A DNA stretch of 64,000 bases from a bacterium (GTDB taxonomy: Bacteria; Oederibacteriota; Muellerivitia; Muellerivitales; Muellerivitaceae), in the NCBI GenBank assembly GCA_035549195.1, contig DASZRK010000080.1, positions 36,376 to 100,375 on the forward strand. Reading direction: 5' to 3'. This document shows positions 58,696 to 64,000 of this stretch, in pieces. Position 1 is the first letter of the stretch. Each line of letters starts with the position of its first letter. Under the pieces are notes generated by a model. That model made no database searches and was not told where the DNA came from. It saw only the letters and a list, made by a program, of their open reading frames with translations. Made by a program: the position numbers and the translations under genes.

Positions 58696-59355
58696 ATGAA
58701 ATTCTTCTTGGATACCGCGAACTTGGAGGAGATCAAACAAGGGGTGGCCTGGGGCCTGGTGGACGGCGTGACCACGAATCCGTCCCTGGTCGCCAAGGAG
58801 GGAGTGGATTTTCATGGCCGTATCCAGGAGATCTGTTCCCTGGTGAACGGCTCGGTCTCGGCGGAGGTCACGGCGACGGACTTTGACGGGATGATGAAAG
58901 AGGGTCACACCCTGGCCAAGCTCCACCCCAACGTCACGGTCAAGGTGCCCCTTATCCCGGAAGGCATCAAGGCCTGCCGGGCCCTTTCCCAGGAAGGCAT
59001 CAAGGTCAATGTGACCCTTTGTTTTTCCCCCTCCCAGGCCCTCTTGGCCGCGAAATCCGGGGCTACTTTCATCAGTCCCTTCGTGGGCCGGCTGGACGAC
59101 GTCTCGAACAATGGCATGCAGCTCATCCGTGATATCATCCTGATCTACAAGAACTACGGCTTCAAGACCCAGGTCCTGGCCGCTTCCTTGCGGCATCCCC
59201 AGCATATCGTCGAGTCCGCCATGGCGGGCGCCGATGTGGGGACCATGCCCTTCAGCGTTTTGAAGACCCTTTTCAACCACCCCTTGACCGATATCGGGCT
59301 CAAGCGCTTCCTGGCGGACTGGGAAAAGGTCAAGGACAAGGTCATGAAGTCCTGA
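58696..59355 (+). CDS. tal: transaldolase / fructose-6-phosphate aldolase (short Tal/Fsa type)
   Basis: [36 protein letters not shown], active-site ...[11 protein letters not shown]..., [11 protein letters not shown]. ~219 aa. Confidence 0.88.
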   Translation: MKFFLDTANLEEIKQGVAWGLVDGVTTNPSLVAKEGVDFHGRIQEICSLVNGSVSAEVTATDFDGMMKEGHTLAKLHPNVTVKVPLIPEGIKACRALSQEGIKVNVTLCFSPSQALLAAKSGATFISPFVGRLDDVSNNGMQLIRDIILIYKNYGFKTQVLAASLRHPQHIVESAMAGADVGTMPFSVLKTLFNHPLTDIGLKRFLADWEKVKDKVMKS

Positions 59356-59381
59356 TCCCGATCCCATCCGAAGAACCCCAA

Positions 59382-59404
59382 GGGCGGCCCCGCCGCCCTT
59401 TTTC
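59382..59404 (+). terminator. Rho-independent terminator after tal
   Basis: GGGCGGC-ccc-GCCGCCC hairpin followed by TTTTTCATT. Confidence 0.65.
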
Positions 59405-59407
59405 ATT

Positions 59408-59647
59408 GTGAGGTGTGGAACCTTGGAACTACCCCAAGTCGGCAAGTTGCTCATGGGCATTGGGTGCGGGTTGGTCCTTTTCGGATTTTTCCTTTGGGTG
59501 GGCGGCAAGTCGTCCTTATGGGGTGACCTCCCGGGGGATATCCGGGTCGAAAAGGGAAGTCTCACCTTCTATTTCCCGATCGTGACCTGTCTTTTGTTGT
59601 CCTTCCTTGTTTCTTTCATCCTGTGGGTGTTGTCGAAGTTCGAATGA
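59408..59647 (+). CDS. small membrane protein (DUF2905-like, two TM helices)
   Basis: 79 aa: LVLFGFFLWVGGKSSLWGDLPGDIRVEKGSLTFYFPIVTCLLLSFLVSFILWVL. Family call from memory, low confidence. Confidence 0.45.
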   Translation: MRCGTLELPQVGKLLMGIGCGLVLFGFFLWVGGKSSLWGDLPGDIRVEKGSLTFYFPIVTCLLLSFLVSFILWVLSKFE

Positions 59648-60843
59648 GACCCCTCTTTTTTCTTTTCGCCGCATTTTGGGCCATCGCCGGATGCGAGACC
59701 ATCGGCCATCAGGCGAATCCCTGGGAAGCCCCGGCGGAGGTCGTTCGATCGGCGCCGGAGGTCGCTCCCGGACCGGACGTTCCACCGCTCACCATCCGGG
59801 TGGCCATTGTGGTCAAACATAGCTCCGTCAAACTCCAGGCTCCTGAGGAATTCCAGCTTTCGGGTTTTCCTTGGAGCACACCCACCTTTCGGTCGGGAGG
59901 GAAAAGCTATCGGGAGATTGTCCTGACCTCCGACCGTCTCTACTCCGGAAGGGCCTTTATCCGGCCCTCGGGCGAAGGGATGATCCGGGTGGACGGGAAG
60001 AATTTCAATGGTTCCATCGAGGTGGTCGAAGCCGGGAAGGGCCTTTTGACCGTCATCAATGAGCTGCCTTTCGAGGATTATGTGATGGGGGTCCTGGCCG
60101 GTGAAGTCCCGGGGAACGGGCCGGCCGAAGCCCTCAAGGCCCAGGCCATCGCGGCCCGCACTTTCGCCTTCTTGAACCGCCTTCAAGCCCGGGAAAAGGG
60201 ACAGCCCTACGACCTGGAGAACACGGCCCTTTTTCAAATGTACCAAGGGTCCGACCGGGTCACCGAACCTATCCGCCGAGCGGTCCTATCGAGCCGGGGC
60301 GAGATCCTGACCTATCGAAACAAACCCATCGAGGCCTTTTTTCATTCCAATTGCGGAGGGAGAACGGCCGATGCCTCCACCGTCTGGTTCCAGGACCGAC
60401 CTTATCTTCGCTCGGTCCCCTGTTCCTTCGGGGACCATGGGGTCCATTTCCATTGGTCGGCCGAAGTCCCGATGGATGACCTGGTCCAAAAGCTCCGGGG
60501 GGCGGGGGTGGAACTGTCCGACATCGCGGGTCTGACGGTCCTTTCGCGCGATGAAGGGAACCGGATCCTCAAGTTGGCGATCCGGGACGGGGACGGAACG
60601 GTCAAGGAGATGAAAGGATCGACCTTCCGCATGGCCATAGGTCCCGATGTCATCCGGAGTACACGCTTCGAGGTCCGGATCGGCGACTCCATGGTCCGCT
60701 TCACGGGGAAGGGCTGGGGCCATGGAGTGGGTCTTTGCCAGGAGGGGGCCTTTGGGATGGCCCAAAAGGGCTATTCAGCCTTTGATATCCTTCGTTATTA
60801 CTATCGTGGGGTCATGGTGGAGAGAATGGAAAGTTACCCATGA
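59644..60843 (+). CDS. SpoIID/LytB-domain protein (peptidoglycan lytic transglycosylase / amidase enhancer family)
   Basis: Lipoprotein-like N-terminus FAAFWAIAGC. Conserved FHSNCGGRTADASTVW and GKGWGHGVGLCQEGAFGMAQKGYS. Confidence 0.8.
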   Translation: MRPLFFLFAAFWAIAGCETIGHQANPWEAPAEVVRSAPEVAPGPDVPPLTIRVAIVVKHSSVKLQAPEEFQLSGFPWSTPTFRSGGKSYREIVLTSDRLYSGRAFIRPSGEGMIRVDGKNFNGSIEVVEAGKGLLTVINELPFEDYVMGVLAGEVPGNGPAEALKAQAIAARTFAFLNRLQAREKGQPYDLENTALFQMYQGSDRVTEPIRRAVLSSRGEILTYRNKPIEAFFHSNCGGRTADASTVWFQDRPYLRSVPCSFGDHGVHFHWSAEVPMDDLVQKLRGAGVELSDIAGLTVLSRDEGNRILKLAIRDGDGTVKEMKGSTFRMAIGPDVIRSTRFEVRIGDSMVRFTGKGWGHGVGLCQEGAFGMAQKGYSAFDILRYYYRGVMVERMESYP

Positions 60844-60868
60844 TCCTTTCGGGCCCGGGAAACCGCCT

Positions 60869-61924
60869 ATGAAAACCGAACTTTTCGATTATTTGCTGCC
60901 GTTTGAAAGGATCGCCCAGTATCCCCTGCAGAAGAGGGATGCCTCCCGGATGCTGGTCCTGGACCGCAAGACGGGACGGGTGGAGCACAGCCATGTCCGG
61001 GACCTGCCCCAATGGCTCCTGCCGGGGGACCTGATGATCGTCAACCGGACCAAGGTCATTCCGGCCCGCTTGCATGCCCTGAAGCCCGAAACCGGGGCGA
61101 AGATCGAGATATTCCTGCTGCGGCCGGCCTTGGGGGCAGGCCAGGCTTCCACCGAGCTTCCTCATGAGTGGGAGGCACTGGTCTCCCCGGCCAAGCGCAT
61201 CAAGACGCCTTGTGTCCTGCGATTGGAAGGCAAGGGGGAAGCGGCGGTGCTGGAGTCGATCGGGGAAGGCCACTTCATCGTCCGGCTCAATCACGTGGGA
61301 AACCTGCGTCGATTCCTTGCCGCTCATGGTCATGTCCCCTTGCCGCCCTACATCAAACGGGCGGACGAAACGGGCGACCGGAGCCGGTATCAGACCGTCT
61401 TCGCCCGTGAGGAAGGATCGGTAGCCGCCCCGACGGCCGGACTCCATTTCACGCAGGCTCTTCTAAGGTCCCTTGCGGATCGGGGAGTGCGAAAAAGTCC
61501 CGTGACCCTCCATGTGGGCCTGGGGACCTTTCTGGGGATCACGGCCGATGAGGTGGAGGACCATGTGATGCATCCCGAATGGTTCGAGGTTCCGGCCGCC
61601 ACCGTCCGGGAGATCCAAAGGGCCAAGGCCCGCCCGGGACGGGTCGTGGCCGTCGGGACGACCTCGGTCCGGGCCTTGGAATCCGCGGCCCAGGCCGATG
61701 GGTCCTTCCGGACGGAGCCCGATGAGACCCGTCTTTTCATCACCCCGGGCTATCGTTTCCGGACGGTGGACGTCCTTTTCACGAATTTCCATCAGCCCAA
61801 GTCCACCCTTCTGATGCTGGTGAGCGCCTTTGCCGGCCGGGAAAGGGTCTTGGCGGCCTATCAGGAGGCGATCCGGGAAGGTTACCGGTTCCTGTCCTAT
61901 GGGGACGCCATGCTGATCCTATAG
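60869..61924 (+). CDS. queA: S-adenosylmethionine:tRNA ribosyltransferase-isomerase QueA
   Basis: MKTELFDYLLPFERIAQYPLQKRDASRMLVL, VAAPTAGLHFT, HVGLGTF, VVAVGTTSVRALES. Track ORF 60647 begins further upstream; Met at 60869 matches the QueA N-terminus. Confidence 0.9.
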   Translation: MKTELFDYLLPFERIAQYPLQKRDASRMLVLDRKTGRVEHSHVRDLPQWLLPGDLMIVNRTKVIPARLHALKPETGAKIEIFLLRPALGAGQASTELPHEWEALVSPAKRIKTPCVLRLEGKGEAAVLESIGEGHFIVRLNHVGNLRRFLAAHGHVPLPPYIKRADETGDRSRYQTVFAREEGSVAAPTAGLHFTQALLRSLADRGVRKSPVTLHVGLGTFLGITADEVEDHVMHPEWFEVPAATVREIQRAKARPGRVVAVGTTSVRALESAAQADGSFRTEPDETRLFITPGYRFRTVDVLFTNFHQPKSTLLMLVSAFAGRERVLAAYQEAIREGYRFLSYGDAMLIL

Positions 61925-61993
61925 GTTTACGAAAAAGGCGGCCATCCTTAACGGCATGTTTGGGTAAAATGGGGCCATGCCAGGGGAGGGTCC

Positions 61994-62524
61994 ATGGGCC
62001 TCATTGAACGCGAATTCATATTGAAGGTCGTTCCAGCCAAGTTCCATCACCGTAACGCCATGGTGGAGATCAACAAGGCCGCGGCCCCCAAGTGGCACCA
62101 ACTCCGCCACCTCAACGCCGCCCTCAAGGAAAAGCGGGCCTTCATCGCTTTCGTAGGTCGCATCCCGGCGGGATTCCTCATTTGGACCAAGGATTTCTAC
62201 AGCCATTATTTCATCGACCTAGTGGTGGTCCATCCGAAGATGAGGCGCTATGGGGTGGCCTCGGCCATGATCCGGGCGATGGAAGCCTTCAGCGCAGGGA
62301 ACAAGCTCTTTTCCTCGACCAACAAATCCAATGTGGCCATGCAGTCGGTCTTCGAGAGGAACGGGTTCGTCAAGTCCGGCTTCATCTCCCATTTGGACCG
62401 GAACAACCCCGAACTGATCTACTACAAGATGTCCCCGGCACGGCCGGGAAACGGGTCGGCATCGAAAAGAAAGCCCCGCAAAAGGGTCGGGAAATCCGGA
62501 AAACGAAAACGCGCCCGCCGCTGA
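61994..62524 (+). CDS. GNAT-family N-acetyltransferase with basic C-terminal tail
   Basis: Motif A-like LVVVHPKMRRYGVASAMIRAME, then NGF. C-terminal K/R-rich tail. Confidence 0.65.
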   Translation: MGLIEREFILKVVPAKFHHRNAMVEINKAAAPKWHQLRHLNAALKEKRAFIAFVGRIPAGFLIWTKDFYSHYFIDLVVVHPKMRRYGVASAMIRAMEAFSAGNKLFSSTNKSNVAMQSVFERNGFVKSGFISHLDRNNPELIYYKMSPARPGNGSASKRKPRKRVGKSGKRKRARR

Positions 62525-62526
62525 GC

Positions 62527-62955
62527 CTATCCGGCCTTATTGACCATCCAAGCTGAAAAATCCCTCAAGAATTCACGGAAGGCATCCAGGTGTTCGGGCG
62601 GGAAGGCATATTTCGCCCCACCGTCCCCGAGGATGCGCTCGAAGCATCCCAGCCATACCTGGCGCGCTTTGTCATCGATGGGGAAAGGAATGTGCCGGGC
62701 CCGCATCCGGGGCGGTCCGTGGTCGATGGCGTAAAGGGGTGGTCCTCCCAGCAATTGGACGAAGAACTTGGCCGATTTTTTCGACGCCTCCCGCATATCC
62801 GCTGGGAACATGGAGCGGATGGGCGACTTCTCCAATTCTTCGTAAAAGTCCGAAAGCATCCGGAAGATGTTCTCTTCTCCCATCCTGGCGTAGATGTCCC
62901 GGGGAAGGCCCTTTTGGGGCGGGCCCTGGGGTGGAACATAGATATCGCGGTCCAT
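62527..62955 (-). CDS. group 2 truncated hemoglobin (trHbO / YjbI-like)
   Basis: FVQLLGGPPLYAIDHGPPRMRARHIPFPIDDKARQVWLGCFERIL matches trHbO (Q.LGGPPLY...HG.P.LRARH.PF.I). Start assigned to Met at 62955; alternatives 62883 or track start 63084. Confidence 0.7.
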   Translation of the reverse strand: MDRDIYVPPQGPPQKGLPRDIYARMGEENIFRMLSDFYEELEKSPIRSMFPADMREASKKSAKFFVQLLGGPPLYAIDHGPPRMRARHIPFPIDDKARQVWLGCFERILGDGGAKYAFPPEHLDAFREFLRDFSAWMVNKAG

Positions 62956-63047
62956 GGCGGCATTGTAGGGAAAGGAGCGCGAGAAAACAGCATTCCCGGA
63001 GTGGAAGGTCCCTTTGTGTCCGTGGACCGGACGGTTAAAATCATCCG

Positions 63048-64000
63048 GTGCCAAGACCATCCTCCGGGAAAACCTCCCAACCACACCTTCGATCCTTTCC
63101 TGACCTCATCCCTTTGCTGTGGCTCGTCCTTCTTTGGGCTTATTTCCATCATCGCGTCCTCTTGGGCGGTGAAACCTTCGTTTGGATGGACAGCTCGGGT
63201 TTTTTCCAGCCGCTTTGGAAATGGGGGGGGCATTGGTTCGCCCAAGGGATCCTGCCTTTATGGAACCCGGATGTGGCGTTCGGGCGGCCCTATTGGGCCG
63301 ATCCCCAGATGGGAGCCTGGTATCCGCCTTTGAGGTTGTTCTACGAATGGATGTCTCCCGAGGACGCTTTCCGGTTCCTGGTCGTGGGACACCAACTCTG
63401 GGGGGCCTTGGGTTTCTATCTTTTTGTCCGGGACCGCGGGATCCCGCCCTGGACGGCCCTCGCGGGTTCCCTGGCCTTCGGTTTTTCCTTCAACTCATTG
63501 AGCGTGATGCAGATCCCGGCCATGTTGTTCGCTTTCTCCTGGATCCCATGGGTCTTCCGGACGGCCTGGTGGGTCTGGGAAAGACCCTCTTCCGGGACCG
63601 GTCTGGCTTTTTCCCTGGCCCTTGGGCTCCAAGGTGCTTCGGGTTATCCCCTTTATGGTTATCTGACGGCCTTTTTCCTCGGCCTTGACCTGAGCATCCG
63701 AAGCGCCTTCCTGCTGCGGAACGTTCCGGATCAATGGGGGAGGGTCCGGGGTTGGGCGGGCTGGACCCTTCTTGGCGCGGGGGCCGCGGTATTTTTCAAC
63801 CTGGCTTGGCTCCTTCCTTTCTCCGAGTTCCTGAAATTCAGCAATGTGGATCAACGCTTGGCCATGTCCCAAGGGATCGAATGGAAACACCTTGCCAGTT
63901 GGTTGAACCCTTTTTTCAACGGCCATCCGCTCCATTCCTTCACCGGTATCGACGCGTCGGTCTCCGTTTATTTCGCCGGGCTTCCCATCGTGGTCCTGCT
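63048..64000 (+). CDS. YfhO-like polytopic membrane protein (putative membrane glycosyltransferase), 3' end beyond window
   Basis: Open frame from stop at 63036-63038 to window end, not in ORF track because no stop. Hydrophobic N-terminus LILLLWLVLLWAYF, then ...FRFLVVGHQLWGALGFYLFVRDRGIPPWTALAGSLAFGFSFNSLSVMQIPAMLFAFSWIPW typical of the YfhO family. Start uncertain (GTG 63048 or ATG 63186). Confidence 0.55.
   Translation, partial: MPRPSSGKTSQPHLRSFPDLIPLLWLVLLWAYFHHRVLLGGETFVWMDSSGFFQPLWKWGGHWFAQGILPLWNPDVAFGRPYWADPQMGAWYPPLRLFYEWMSPEDAFRFLVVGHQLWGALGFYLFVRDRGIPPWTALAGSLAFGFSFNSLSVMQIPAMLFAFSWIPWVFRTAWWVWERPSSGTGLAFSLALGLQGASGYPLYGYLTAFFLGLDLSIRSAFLLRNVPDQWGRVRGWAGWTLLGAGAAVFFNLAWLLPFSEFLKFSNVDQRLAMSQGIEWKHLASWLNPFFNGHPLHSFTGIDASVSVYFAGLPIVVL

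Noticed and set aside
59382-59404. Checked whether other gene ends carry intrinsic terminators: after MerR, flgF, the small flgD-flgE ORF, the MCP, the DUF4340 gene, queA.
   Set aside because: Only the sites after flgE (42716-42746) and tal (59382-59404) combine a GC stem with a T-tract. Others have short stems or no T-run and were not called.
62590-63333. 247-aa + strand ORF overlapping the minus-strand globin.
   Set aside because: The minus-strand frame gives a textbook truncated-hemoglobin motif; the + strand translation is featureless. It is a shadow ORF.

Overview
GC-rich bacterial chromosomal window (roughly 55-60% GC by eye). It is dominated by a near-complete flagellar regulon, with about 45 genes all on the + strand from ~0.9 kb to ~47.7 kb. 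The gene order is strikingly Firmicutes-like: flgBC-fliEFGHIJ-motAB-fliLM-fliY(CheC-FliN fusion)-fliOPQR-flhBA-flhF-flhG-fliA; yvyF-flgM-flgN-flgK; and fliK-flgD-small conserved ORF-flgE-flbD. Yet it also encodes the diderm-specific flgA/flgH/flgI (P- and L-ring) genes and a rod-binding-only FlgJ. Two accessory modules sit inside the regulon. Together they carry four paralogous FadL/PorV-type outer-membrane beta-barrel genes, two of them fused to FlgD-Ig-like/FN3 domains. They also carry a Kelch-repeat lipoprotein and a Thr/Pro-rich surface protein with a C-terminal sorting-like beta-sandwich domain. The window also contains an orphan FlhB C-terminal fragment protein and a FapA/DUF342 gene overlapping fliA. 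FliK (1013 aa), FlgE (668 aa) and FlgK (761 aa) are unusually large. After a tRNA-Phe gene the window switches to housekeeping genes: rlmH, dinG-like helicase, ruvB, an MCP, a GldA/F/G-like ABC transporter plus DUF4340, tatC, transaldolase, spoIID, queA, a GNAT, a truncated hemoglobin on the minus strand, and a 3'-truncated YfhO-like membrane protein. At the 5' edge lie a GGDEF fragment and a MerR regulator. No CRISPR array, integrase or transposase was seen. Nearly all long minus-strand ORFs in the track are antisense shadows typical of high-GC DNA. All family assignments are from reading the translations and motifs by eye; no database search was run.
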